A stretch of 62,964 nt of DNA, the filler included, from Octopus bimaculoides (Eukaryota): assembly GCF_001194135.2 (NCBI RefSeq). It is 4 parts of 4 records of this genome, joined end to end, with 100 filler letters (N's around TTAATTAATTAA, not from the genome) between each part and the next. Parts side by side here need not be neighbours in the genome. Positions count along the whole stretch, not along the records: positions 11,914 to 25,491 come from NC_068987.1; 3 more parts are not named here. The stretch is one strand, 5' to 3'. A program made the position numbers and the translations under genes. Under the pieces are notes generated by a model, which had not been told where the DNA came from, ran no database searches, and saw only the letters and a program-made list of their open reading frames with translations. Of the stretch, positions 12,056-25,292 are shown piece after piece (the stretch's first letter is position 1; each line of letters starts with the position of its first letter).

Positions 12056-12439
12056 TGGCACTCCATCGGTTACGACGACGAGGATTCCAGTTGATCCGAT
12101 CGATCAACGGAACAGCCTGCTCGTGAAATTAACGTGCAAGTGGCTGAGCACTCCACAGACACGTGTACCCTTAACGTAGTACTCTTGGAGATTCAGCGTG
12201 ACACAGTGTGGCAAGGCTGGCCCTTTGAAAATACAGGTACAGCAGAAACAGGAAGAAAGAGTGAGAGAAAGTTGTGGTGAAGGAGTACAACAGGGTTCGC
12301 CACCACTCCCTGCCGGAACATCGTGGAGCTTTAAGTGTTTACACTCAGTAAACACTCACAACGCCCTGTCTGGGAATCGAAACCAAGATCCTACGACCAC
12401 CAGTCCGCTGCCCTAACCATTGGGCCATTGCGCCTCCAC
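12056..12439 (-). mobile_element. Full-length tRNA(Arg)-like-headed SINE (family A), inserted in (GATA)n
   Basis: The minus strand begins gtggaggcgcaatggcccaatggttaggg (A box), with B box ggtttcgattcccag. Near-identical copies at 20440 and 45398. Confidence 0.85.
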
Positions 12440-13137
12440 TAGATAGATAGATAAGTTAACACAGAGGGATTGGAGAAAGAGAAGGGCGGGAAGGACTAGA
12501 GAGATAGAGAGAGTCAAAGAGAGAAAGATAGAGATAGAAAGAGAAAGAGAGATAGGGGAAATGAGAAAGAGAATCGTCTCCAATACTGACAATTTATCAA
12601 CACAGAAAAATCGAGAAGCAGAATCTATTTGAACTCATACTGAAGTGACACCCTGACTGTATACCACAAAGCATACTGGACGCAGCTCCACTGATTCTGC
12701 CAGTATACTGCCGCACACACAGCTGTATTTTCCAGCGTTGTCTTCCTCTTTTACGCCTGTAAAATGTCGCTTCACAGGATTTTGGTTGCTGCATCTACTA
12801 AATTGACCAACTGCGTACAAAATCTCTTGCTGCTACGTAGTTCTTTGTTCATTGAGGTTGATATAGCTGCTGCAGCTGCTGCTGTTGTTGTTGTTGTTGT
12901 TGCTGCTGCTGCTGCTGCTGTTGTTTTTGTTGTTTAGTTACGATGTATAAACAAAACATGATTTAACCGTGTCCACAACCGTTTCTTGAGGTCCACAGAT
13001 ACTCAGCCATAGATACACATTTATGCATATATGTATGTTCATATGTATATGTCCGTGTGAGTAAGTGTGCATGTGTGAATCTGTGTATGTAACAGTGAGT
13101 ATGTGTGCGTGTGTGTGTCCGTTGTGTGTGTGTGTGT

Positions 13138-13190
<53 letters not shown>

Positions 13191-13306
13191 CTTGTTAGTT
13201 CGCGCGCACACAAACACAAATGTAGAAAGCTGGAGAATCAATCCCACACTGCTAAAAGATTCATAGAATTACATATACTCTACGACATGTATTGAGTACT
13301 CTTTAC

Positions 13307-13327
13307 CATGTTTGTTAAATAAACCAC
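13307..13327 (-). CDS. Candidate 21-nt microexon (VVYLTNM) of the C4-like gene
   Basis: Acceptor ctttgttactaatatttttacAG|G with a ctaat branch-like motif, donor ATG|GTAAAG; phase 0/0 is compatible with the 11053 exon. Confidence 0.35.
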
Positions 13328-14334
13328 CTGTAAAAATATTAGTAACAAAGAAACGCCCTCACTGTCTCACACACACACACGCAAATAAACACACAGACAT
13401 ACATTTACGTAAATATATTTAGGAAGCTACTGTACCGACTAAGTTTCACTTAGGAGATTCAATAAGACTGAAACATGCACAGAGTATTAAGTGTAACCAC
13501 AACAGATCAACGTCACATTATAAAAACATCATTGAAGAACATTGCTATAAAATATGCTTAAAGACAGAAAATGATTGCATGGCTATCATTTACAATATTG
13601 TTTTAGTATCTCATTACTTTCTCGTCCACAGTTCTTCTTCACTCAGAGGATTGTTCAGAAGATTGATCTGTGTTTTGCTTGTAATATGCGAATGTAATGT
13701 TGTAAACAAACCCAAATTAATATCGGTATAATTGATAATAAATATATATATAAAACATTATTACTCATTAGAGATAATAATATTAGCGGCGGCAAGTATA
13801 AAACCGTATAGGCAAAATTAATAGATATATATATGTATAAGAATATATGTGACATCAGAACATGAAGACGCACCAGCTTAGCTAAAAATAGGAGTCAAAA
13901 ACACTCCGAAGCCATAAGAATTAAGACTAAATTTTTACAAGCATGGTTGAAAAAACTAAGTGATTAAGGATTGTATCTTATCTCTGTAAAATTGCAAGGA
14001 CTGCCAGTTAACTTGATATTATGGATTCGAGTTTAGTGCCCAAAGCACTCAGTTATCTTAAGCCAGATCTACTCGTAACAATACTCTTTCAGTAATTGAT
14101 AATTCGGTTATCTACTGCAAATGAATTTAAGAAGTAATTTTGAAGAGTGCGAATATACAGATGTCTTTGAAAGGCAACCTTCATGAGATCGAATTCCGAT
14201 GAAACAATTATAAATTGCTATAATAAAAGGACTTGTTCTTTCCAGTCTTCTTGTTTATATACAAACATACACACTCACATATATACATACACTATACATA
14301 TACGCACACGCATTCACGTATGTGTGTGTGTGCG

Positions 14335-14371
<37 letters not shown>

Positions 14372-14375
<4 letters not shown>

Positions 14376-14574
14376 TTGTCCCCGCCCCAAGATCGCTTGA
14401 CAACCGATGCTGATGTGTTTACGTCCCCGTAACTTAGCGGTTCGGCAAAAGCCACTGATAGAATAAGTACTAGGCTTACAAAGAATAAGTCCTGGACTCG
14501 ATTTTCTCGATTAAAGGTGGTGCTCCAGCATGGCCGCAGTAAAAATGACCGAAACAAGTAAAAGATAAAAAGAA
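14372..14574 (+). mobile_element. 3' half of SINE family C
   Basis: gtttacgtccccgtaacttagcggttcggcaaaag...gtgctccagcatggccgcagt is the reverse complement of the 58501 copy. Confidence 0.8.
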
Positions 14575-14762
14575 TGCATACATACATACATACATACATA
14601 TATAGACATGCAAACATACATACACATGCATACATACATACATACATACATACATACATGCATACATACACACATACATACATACATACATACATGCATA
14701 CATACATACATACATACATACATACATACATACATACATACATACATACATACATGCATACA
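14575..14762. repeat. (ATAC)n microsatellite
   Basis: Direct tetranucleotide array; the source of the MYVC/HTYI ORFs. Confidence 0.95.
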
Positions 14763-15214
14763 TATAGCTATGTACCGAAACGTAATGTAAATACACCGTG
14801 AAAATCAAATTGACAGCCGTATTCGTCCTGAGATAATAACTCATGTTCACGTATTGTGTTTAATAACAGAAAATATATCGTAGATACTAAAATCGTATTA
14901 ACTGTGGCAGATCAGAAAGTTAGATGCATTTCTCTTTCATTGAGTGTCCTCGGTAAAAATGTACTGACAATATACTATATGCAAGCGCTTTCACCGTGAT
15001 TATTACACAGAAATTACCCATTCCATTTTCAATAGCATCCGAAAATTGTCAGTGCGTAACCCACATTAAGAAAGCTGAGAAGTTTTAAATTCCATTTAAT
15101 TTGATAGAGCTACTTTCAATTTTGAATAACCTGTTTTTACCTCTCTTCTTTAATCATAGGTTCCATCTGTCTGTCTATCTATCTATCTATCTATCTAACT
15201 AGCTCTCTATCTTT

Positions 15215-15352
15215 TTTTTTTCTCATGATCCCTTTTGATCGGAACTTTATTTTTCTCCTTTTTTTCTTCTATTTTCGAAAAGAAAAGCTCTACATTGTAT
15301 TTTGTCTCCTCTGTTTTCGTCCCTGTGTGGCTAATAAAGAAACTTATCTATC
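15215..15352 (+). mobile_element. 3'-end fragment of a probable LINE also present at 56625-56890
   Basis: aaaagctctacattgtattttgtctcctctg..cctgtgtggctaataaagaaa matches the reverse complement of 56633-56700; ends in an aataaa-containing tail followed by (TCTA)-like repeats. Confidence 0.55.
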
Positions 15353-15406
15353 TGTCTGTTCGTCTGTCTATCTAACTATAAATATCTCTGTGTATGTTTA
15401 TGTGTG

Positions 15407-15450
<44 letters not shown>

Positions 15451-16230
15451 CGTGTATGTGTGCGTGTATGTGTGTGTGAATGCTTGTTGTAAGGAATGCA
15501 TGTTACAGTGAAAGTATGTGCAATAGGAAATATGTACACGCTTGGGATTGTGTTCGTTTGTATTCTTATTCATGCATTTATGTTGAGTGAAGCAGAGGAC
15601 GGTGTAGATCGAGACTACGGATGAGAGATCCCACGTGCCCTGCGTGAGCGCGCGAGTAAACTTGCACACATAGACATGCATATATATTTACACACACACA
15701 CACATGCCTACACACATAAACACGCACTCTCACACGCATATACACATATGTATCCATACATACATACATACATATATATATATATATACATATATGTATA
15801 TATATATNNNNNNNNNNNNNNNNNNNNNNNNNNNNNNNNNNNNNNNNNNNNNNNNNNNNNNNNNNNNNNNNNNNNNNNNNNNNNNNNNNNNNNNNNNNNN
15901 NNNNNNNNNNNNNNNNNNNNNNNNNNNNNNNNNNNNNNNNNNNNNNNNNNNNNNNNNNNNNNNNNNNNNNNNNNNNNNNNNNNNNNNTATATATATATAT
16001 AATATATATATATATATACTTATAAACACTCTCACCTGGCAGATATAACAATATTTATATGCTTAAATATATACATATATGCATGCATAACCCACATTCA
16101 TCCATGAATACATGCATCCATGAATACATCCGTCTATACATACATACATATATACATGCATGCATGCATACATACATACATACATACACACAAGCCTAAC
16201 TTACGTACTTACCTACCTACATACATCTAC

Positions 16231-16265
<35 letters not shown>

Positions 16266-17051
16266 CACACACACATACACACACACATATATGTATACAT
16301 ACATTCAAACACACACACACACAAATATATAAATATATATACACACACACACACATGCATACATATATGAATACCAGCGTGTGCCAACGAGTACGTGTTT
16401 GCGTATGTGCCAACGCTGATATAATCGGTCTCGATTTAAACTTTCTGAAGATATCAGTGGCATCAACACCTCTCCCATCTTCATCTGTATCTCCATCAAC
16501 CATACCGCGATACCACCACCATCACCCCCAACAGCACCACACCGAACGTCATCACCACCATTACCACTAGTAGTGTTTCCAGTAACAACAAGAAAACCAA
16601 CTCAATACAATCAATAAATATATAAATATATACGAAAAAAAATGGCTTTAGCATTCATTGTGGCACAAATGACAATGTGAAATCCTGAAATCCCGCAGGA
16701 GACCAGGAGACAGTAAGATGTGTTAAAATACCACAGACGTTGTCATTCATTCGGACAGCAACCTGCTTAGATATGCAAATTTATTCAACTTCATCAGACT
16801 TTTGAGTCTATAAGTGGAGGACGGTCCTAATATGAATTCTCGGTTAGATTTATTATCTTTAAACGGGGATAACAAAAAATAAGAAAAAAAAAAGAAGCTG
16901 TATATGAAGAAATAAAGAACGAAAATGAAGAAAAAAGAAACAGAAGATAACGCAGAAATAACTACGAATGAAAACAAAAGAAGAAAAAGAGAAAATAACG
17001 CGAGAGAAATAAATTCTTTTGCTGCTGCTGCTACTACTACTACCACTATTA

Positions 17052-17115
<64 letters not shown>

Positions 17116-17287
17116 GCTAGTGCATGGTAATTTAGTTAACAAGTATTTTATCTTGAGGTTAGATAACAACAAGTCTCCTCAAATCTGAAGTCTCTTCCTG
17201 ACGATTCTTGCAGAATAATAGGACATTACTTTTCCGCAGGTCGACTATGCAAGTTTCAATTTCAACCTCTTTACTCTCTCTTTGTTT

Positions 17288-17503
17288 GGGGTGGGGACAA
17301 ACACAGACACACAAACACATACACACATGCATATGTATATATACATATATACGACAGGCTTCTTTCAGTTTCCGTCTACCAAATCCACTCACAAGGCTTT
17401 GGTCGGCTCGAGGCTATAGTAGAAGACATTTGCCCAAGGTGCCACGCAGTGGGACTGAACCCGGAACCATGTGGTTGATAAGCAAGCTACTTACCACACA
17501 GCC
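17288..17503 (-). mobile_element. 5' half of SINE family C (tRNA-like head plus CORE-like domain)
   Basis: Minus strand ggctgtgtggtaagtagcttgc..ccgggttcagtcccactgcgtggcaccttgggcaaatgtctt; the segment after the B box resembles the CORE-SINE domain. Confidence 0.85.
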
Positions 17504-17511
17504 GTTCATTA

Positions 17512-17995
17512 TTTTATATAGAATTTTGGGAGTTTTGCCCAGTGTAGCAATTACCACCACGGGGATAATTGTCAACTTGGTCTTTCACTGTTTCCTCAGC
17601 TCTCTGGTGAAATCCTGATATTTCTCAATTCTTTTCAATTTCTTTGGTATTGACTCTGCTATCATTGGAAATTGCTAAATCTAACATCTTACACTGTTTG
17701 TTATTTTGCCCTCTATGATCATATCCGATCTCCTTGCTTTAATAGTACAGTCAGTCTTTATGGAAAAATCCTACAAATTCTTGTAAATCTCATTTTCTAT
17801 TATAGCCTCTCGTTCGGGTTCATACCGCTATTTTGTTGTTTTGAAACCTCCTAGTCGGTTAACATCCCAATGCACTCCTTTGCGTATACTGTTATGTCTG
17901 CGTTTATACTCCTGTTATGCTACTCTACTGCAATCACTCGAAAGATGATTTGCACCTTTGTCTCTTTGCTTGCAGATTCTACATTTTTGTCATTT
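17512..17995 (-). mobile_element. R4/Dong-like non-LTR retrotransposon fragment (CCHC plus restriction-like endonuclease)
   Basis: Minus translation has EYKRRHNS..VHW, DFSIKTD..IKARRSDM, EKYQD..RELRK and IIPVV...LG; these are RLE motifs, disrupted by stops. Confidence 0.8.
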
Positions 17996-18130
17996 GTGTT
18001 TTATCCTGCCGAGGTCGGTAAAATATCACATACCGGGGTCGATAATATTTTAGGTTTTGTGCCTATATTAGAAAGGATCGACATCATCATCATCATCATC
18101 ATCATCATCATTATCACCACCATAATTTTC

Positions 18131-18312
18131 AGAATCGTTAGCACACCGGGCGAAATATTTAGTGGTATGTTGTCCGTCTTCACGTTCTGAGTTCAAATTC
18201 CTCCGAGGTTGACTTTGCCTTTCATCCTTCGGGGTCGATAAATTAAGTACCAGTGAAACACTTTGGCCGATGTACTCCAAAGTTCAGGCTTTGTGCTATT
18301 GTATAAAGGATT
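18131..18312 (+). mobile_element. SINE family B copy with a long (TTA)n tail extending to about 18500
   Basis: gaatcgttagcac..ttctgagttcaaattc..gactttgcctttcatcc..ggggtcgataaattaagtaccag occurs about 10 times in the window. Confidence 0.85.
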
Positions 18313-18322
18313 ATTATTATTA

Positions 18323-18405
<83 letters not shown>

Positions 18406-18463
18406 GTTATTGTTATTATTATTATTGTTGTTGTTGTTGCTGTTTCTGTTGTTATTATTATTA

Positions 18464-18501
<38 letters not shown>

Positions 18502-19046
18502 GACTGAAAGAACAGCGCATGACATGAAGGTAACATTGAGGTAAAATATACGAAGCCCAGGACAGCCATCATGACTACCTGTCTGATAAGGGTACACCAG
18601 GCGCATGCATCACAACCATATGTGCGCGACAGGGTGAACTCGTATCAAGATTAATAGCGCATAACCTTGCAGGCGAGGCCAAGTTAGAATTTTCTTCAGG
18701 TCCATCCCACTCAAAAGATCTTTGAATAAGGGTTGTTTAAGATTGCTGGACAAAACACCCATGTTTCCAGAGGTGAATTATCCAAACTCCAAAGAATTCC
18801 TCTTAAAACATGGCTTTGATGCTCCATCACTACTTCTGCTCGTGATCAGAGATGCACATATCATCAGCCACTAAGGGTCATGCTCAACAGGTTAAGGCCA
18901 AACAACTGACAAGCAAATCTGTAGCCCATCTTTTATACCAAGACAACACACTGTACATGATAGCACTTTCAATCAGTTAAAATCAGAAGCCATGAGAGTC
19001 ACTGTGTGGTACTGTTTCAGGGCATTAATATTATTTTCATATAAAC

Positions 19047-19266
19047 GCGGTGAGTTGGCTGAATCGTTAGCACGCCCGGCGAAATACTTAGCGGTAATTC
19101 ATCTACCGTTACTTTCTGAGTTCAGATTCCTCTGAGGTCGACTTTGCCTTTCATCCTTTCTGGGTCAATAAATTAAGTGCCAGTTGCGTACTGGGGTCGA
19201 TCTAATCGACTGTCCCCCTTACTCAAAAATTTCGGGCCTTGTGCCTAGAATAGAAAAGAATATTAT
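19047..19266 (+). mobile_element. SINE family B, full length
   Basis: Same head, central domain and tail as the other family B copies. Confidence 0.85.
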
Positions 19267-19845
19267 TTTCATATACACACAACAGATTAGACTGTTGGAA
19301 AAGAAAAGATTCCTAATGTCGGGCTACAACAAGTAGCCTTTGATGCCCAAAACCCTCCTAAATATCCTAGCTGTCCCTAATAAGACTGTTGTCTGCAGCT
19401 GCACTAAATTGGGTTTTATGTCTATTTTCTCTGTCCACCTGTTCAGATCTTTAGGGTTAGTTCCCAATGCACCTACAATTACCGGGGAACGTTTTACTCG
19501 CATTTTCCATAGTGTATGTCATTAAATAGCTAGGTCCTGGTACTTTGCTATTTTTCTATACTTCTCCATATTAATTTTTTCATCATTTGGGACTGTAAAG
19601 TGAATTATTTGGCGCTTTCTATTCTCTTTATCTACTACTACCAAATGAGGCCTTCTAGCTCCTATTACTCTGCCAGTCGGAATACTAAAGTCCCACGACA
19701 TCTTGTGTTTCTCATTTTCTAGTACTCTATTAGGTTCATGTTCATACTATTTATCAGTATGTTCAAATCCTAGCCTCTTACACAGCTCCTAGTGGATTGC
19801 TCTCCCTTGATTGTCATGTCTTTTCTTGTATTCATTCTGTGCAAG
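19262..19845 (-). mobile_element. R4/Dong-like LINE 3' fragment with 3' UTR
   Basis: KLAQNEYKKRHDN...WDFSIPT..IGARRPHLVVVDK...KYQDLA...VIVGALG...LLGTARIFRRVLG; the 5' truncation abuts (TAA)n at about 19848. Confidence 0.85.
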
Positions 19846-19895
<50 letters not shown>

Positions 19896-20073
19896 CATCA
19901 TCATCATTTTTATTATTATTATTAAATTCAAATTACGATGAACGTAAATGAACAAACGAAGTTTGCTTTCGTTGAGATGTCTTAGAAAGTTAATGAAGCG
20001 ATTTTTAAATTCTCAAACGCAAGATAATGCTAATAATATAGCCTGAACAGGATAAGCTACCTTTATTTTGCAG

Positions 20074-20153
20074 AAAAAAGTGTTGGCGTCCGGCTATGAG
20101 ACTCGAACTCACACCTCCGTGATACGCATCGCGGTGCTCTAAACAATTAAGCT
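20074..20153 (-). pseudogene. 5'-truncated tRNA-derived sequence with a T6 terminator
   Basis: agcttaattgtttagagcaccgcg-atgcgtat-cacgg...gtgag-ttcgagt-ctcat T-arm; tttttt at 20079-20074; the 5' acceptor strand is missing. Confidence 0.45.
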
Positions 20154-20214
20154 TATTGTTATTATTATTCAAGACACTGCCTGGAATCGAAGCCCACGCT
20201 CTTAACCACTACGC

Positions 20215-20360
20215 CAAATGCCCGTAGTGATGAAGGCTGGAGGGTATATCAGCCGAAACGTTCTGTTAACAAGATGAGGACAAATATCCGTCAACTGTAA
20301 ATAATGTAAATAATGTAAATAATGTATGTAATTCCTGATCTCTTAAATATAGAACTGTAC
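20215..20360 (+). mobile_element. Penelope-like terminal repeat fragment with a degenerate hammerhead
   Basis: GTGATGA-A-GGCTG-gagggtatat-CAGCC-GAAAC-GTT at 20227-20262, followed by tgtaaataa x3. Confidence 0.5.
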
Positions 20361-20439
20361 TTTCTCAAAACTGTCAAAAAATAATAAACGTATTATTATC
20401 AATAATAATAAACGTATCAGTATTAATATGTTGTTGCTG

Positions 20440-20821
20440 TTGGCACTCCGTCGCTTACGACGTCGAGGGTTCCAGTTGATCCGATCAACGGAACAGACTG
20501 CTCGTGATATTAACGTGCAAGTGGCTGAGCACTCCACAGACACGTGTACCCTTAACGTAGTTCTCGGGGATATTCAGCGTGACACAGTGTGACATGTCTG
20601 GCCCTTTGAATTACAGGCACAACAGAAACAGGAAGTAAGAGTGAGAGAAAGTTGTGGTGAAAGGGTACAGCAGGGTCCGCCACCATCCCCTGCTGGAGCC
20701 GCGTGGAGCTCTAGGTGTTTTCGGTCAATAAACACTCACAACGCCTGGTGGTCTGGGAATCGAAACCGCGACCCTATGACCGCGAGTCAGCTGCACTAAC
20801 CACTGGGCCATTGCGCCTCCA
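20440..20821 (-). mobile_element. Full-length SINE family A with a 10-bp target-site duplication
   Basis: Matches 12056-12439; gtattaatat at 20420-20429 and again at 20823-20832. Confidence 0.9.
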
Positions 20822-21555
20822 TGTATTAATATAAGATGTAATATAAAACAACTTTAAAAAGAACAACTGCAACAGTAGGTAGAAATGTCTTTCAGTATTT
20901 CTCGCAAATTCTCTCAGTCTTCGTATTATTTATGTTTATTGTTCGACGCGCGCGTGTGTGTGTTTGTGTGTGGGGGGGACTTATGTATTTGGGTAAGCAA
21001 AGGTATGATGTGAAGAAAATGGAGGTGGTGTAAAAAGAAAAGGAAAAAGAGAGAAAGAAGAGCACAAAGAAGTGTAAGGGAGGAAAAGGGTGAAGACGTA
21101 GTGGAGAATAGGAAAGTTGAGGGGTGAAGGGACGAGTAAATAATAGGGAGTAAGGGATATAAGGGTGGGGAAAAGGGATAGAAAGTTCAGTACTAAAACA
21201 AAGTGAGGGAGCAGAGAGAGAGACAGAGAGGGAGAGAGGGGGGAGACAGAGAGGGGTGAGAGACAGAGAGCGATGAAAGACGAAGAGGAAGAGAGGGAGA
21301 GAGAGGGAGAGAGAAGGATGAGAGACAGAGAAGGATGAAAGACGGAGAGGGAGAGAAGACGAGAGAAGGATTAGAGACAGAGAGGGAGAGGGATAAGAGA
21401 TATAGAGAGAAGAAAGAAAAAGAGAGATTCAGAATTTAAAGTTTTAGGAGAGCGTGAGAGAGAAAGGGAGAGAGAGAAAAGAGAAAAGGGCAGGAAAGAG
21501 ACAGAGATTAAGAGAGATTGAGAATTGAACGAAATAGGAAAGAGGAAGAAAATGT

Positions 21556-21588
<33 letters not shown>

Positions 21589-21607
21589 GAGAGAGATAGA
21601 GATAGAA

Positions 21608-21638
<31 letters not shown>

Positions 21639-22231
21639 AAGAGAGAGAGAGTATGGTAACGAGGTGAAAATATACAAATAGTGAGATATTAACGAGAAAG
21701 AAACTGCTTCACAATTGGGAGCCAAAAGCGAGGCAGAATTAAATAAATAAATAACTTTATTATCTTATATATTATTTATATTTTTATTATATTATTCTGA
21801 ATTTTAATAATTCTTTTTATTTATTTAGCTGTTGTTACTTTAACATATTTATTTTTTATTTTTTATTTTTTGAAATATTTTAATATGTCCCTTAAGGCGT
21901 ACATTTGTCTGGAGAGAAAGAGGAGGAAAAAAAAGTCAAATCTGGAAAAGGTGTAGGGAGAGGACGAAAGAATGTCTGAGCAATATTGCATGAATAAATA
22001 ATTTTTAATTTACATGTAAAGGAAACAAGCCGGCAACAACAACAGCATCAACAATAATGGCGACGACGGCTTAAACAACAACAACAACAGCAAACGCGCC
22101 AACAAATACTACACAACAATAATAAATGCGACAATAATAAAACTACCAAATAGAGAGAGAGGGAGGAGGAGAAATAGGCGGGAAATGCAGGAACGACGAG
22201 TAGAACACGCACAGGTATACAAACTCGTATA

Positions 22232-22267
<36 letters not shown>

Positions 22268-22493
22268 ATCTATATTCACGCACACAGACACACACTCACA
22301 CACAGACACACACTCACACACACATATATACACGGATATATAAATATATATATAAAACAATTATTACGTGGAAGATATGTATTAGCCATTCAAATGTCTA
22401 AGAGATGCTAACACTTAGTTCTTGTGTATTTCTGAATGGCGCTAATATGTGACTTCTCACGCTGTAATTGCTATACACACACACACAAACATG

Positions 22494-22579
<86 letters not shown>

Positions 22580-22610
22580 GCGAGAGATAGAGAGAGAGAG
22601 AGATTGATAG

Positions 22611-22683
<73 letters not shown>

Positions 22684-22832
22684 TGCAGGAAAACATTGAC
22701 AATCCAGCAGACATAACAACTACAAGAACACGGATTGCAAGAGAGAAGAGAACCAACAAAAATAAATGCAAAGAATTATGAATAAAGAATGTCATCACCA
22801 TTGTGAGTGACAATGAAAAATCTACTACTACA

Positions 22833-22908
<76 letters not shown>

Positions 22909-23005
22909 GTATTATTTCTGCTACTTGTCGACCATGATAACAATAAAAAGGTAGCAATACCAAATCATGATAGCAATAATAACAAGCAAAGCAAGTAGAA
23001 AATAT

Positions 23006-23072
<67 letters not shown>

Positions 23073-23381
23073 TAATAATAATGATAAAAACGGTATCGAC
23101 AGCAGTAAGAAAATTAGTCATATAGAAACCAACTAAGCAAACAACGAAGGAGGTGGAGATGTGGGGAAGAGGAGTAGGAGAGGAGAAAGAAGAAGAGCGA
23201 AGAAGAAGACCAACAACAACAACAACAACAACAATCGATGGAGCAATATTGACAATGAAGATGACAATTGAAACGCTTCCTGTTAAAAAACAAAACAAAA
23301 CACAGAACAAAAATGAAACAATATTGTTGTAAAAACTTTTTCTGAACGCATATTATGAGTGTATATATTCCTATATTCAGT

Positions 23382-23488
<107 letters not shown>

Positions 23489-24035
23489 TCGCATATATGT
23501 ATGTATATATATATAGATAGATATGAATGTATATGTATGTATATATATATATATATATGTATGTATACTTACGCACATATCTATTAACATTTATATTTAT
23601 CAATATAATGTACATTGCATGTATATATTTATATAGCCATCTATATATACAGGTAGATGTAGGTATGTACATACATGTACGTATATATGCATATACTCAT
23701 TTATTATTTGTATTATATATATATATATATATATTGAGAAAGAAAGTCGTCAGAATTTTGTCATGGGACCTCACCCCCAAAAAAACAATAACAATATTGT
23801 CTTCTAAACAAAACCCCCAAAAACATCTGTTTTATATAAATGAACAAGCTGTTTGTGGATTCACATAATTTTATTTGACAAGTTCTAGAAAGGACCGAAA
23901 GCGCAAATAATAAATGAAGAAATAAAAAGATTTGTTCCCCAAAATTCTAACGACTTCAATTTCTGTACACCACACCTAATACATGCATACATACATACAT
24001 ACATACATACACACACATACGCACACACACACACG

Positions 24036-24070
<35 letters not shown>

Positions 24071-24087
24071 TTATTTTTATATAAATA

Positions 24088-25292
24088 TAAAGTTGAGTCA
24101 AAAGTTTTTCGGATGCTCATTGAAGAATTTTGGCAACTTATGTTCCATCATAACTTATTCTTCAATCGATGCTGGATTGTTTATTCGTTATTTTCATGCA
24201 TACCATATAAACATTAATTGCTTATTCTTTATTTTACAGATTTGATAATGAGTGATGGAAAAATTGCAATTTACTCTACCTGTGCAAAAAAGGACTGAGT
24301 GCAAGAGTGGCAGGAGGCCCAGGAACTGTCAATTAACATGTGGAACCTAATCGGTTCAGATGACTCAGGAAAAATGACACTAGCCTCGAAGACAAACCAA
24401 GATCAGAGAGGCATTCTGTTCTGGAAGAAGGTTGAACAACAGCCAAGGTTGTTGAAAAGGGTGAACAACAGCCATGCATAAGCACTCGTACATTTTCAGC
24501 AGAACTTTGTCCTTCACAAAGCACCAGCGATCGACACCTCCATAAGCTCGACCTTCTGATGAACAGAGCAGCCCCTCATGAACTAACCAATGACGAAGCT
24601 CAATGACGTGTGAACATTAGCAAACAACCGCTGACAAACCGTCAAGATGATCGTTTTTTATTTGCGTTGAATTGTAACTGGGGATGGAAAATAGATCTAT
24701 TTTCGTAATCATAATTTGACCAGACTTCAGAATCTGCTGTCAAACGAGAGCGGTTTGAATAGAAGGTCATGTGTGTTTAGTGGAATTTCGATGAAGCGTT
24801 GTGCTTTGAGCCTGTCTCAGATTGTCATGTTATCCTTTATTCTCAAGAACATGCTAAGCTTTACGCTCAAGAATTGCAATGAACATAAGTTGCTTTGAAA
24901 GCCCGCTACTTAGTATTACTCAGTCGAAGACACGCACTCCTCCAGGATGACGATGTCCCAGCACACACTGCCGATGCAACCAATCGCAAGCTTGAGGGAA
25001 TTGAGGGTCACGAAATGATGCCTCACTCTGCTATAGTCCCGACATGACAATCAAATTACCGCTGCACAGAAGTGGAGCTCAACAATGTGGATGAGGTTGA
25101 AAACGGAAGCAGGGAGTATTTTGTTTCTAAACCAGCTAAATGGTTTAAGTATAGAATTGAGTTTCGGGAATAACGATGACAACACGAAATAAATTATGAA
25201 GGCATATGTTTCTTTTAATAAAAACTTTCGGTATATGATCTGATTGAACTATTAAAGCTTGAAATACGAAACACTTTTTGGCACAGCTGATG
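24088..25292 (+). mobile_element. Old, near full-length mariner (about 1.2 kb) with degenerate TIRs
   Basis: 5' taaagttgagtcaaaagtttttc versus the reverse complement of the 3' end, catcagctgtgccaaaaagtgtttc; TA flanks; remnants LLQDDDVPAHTA and YSPDM. Confidence 0.7.
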
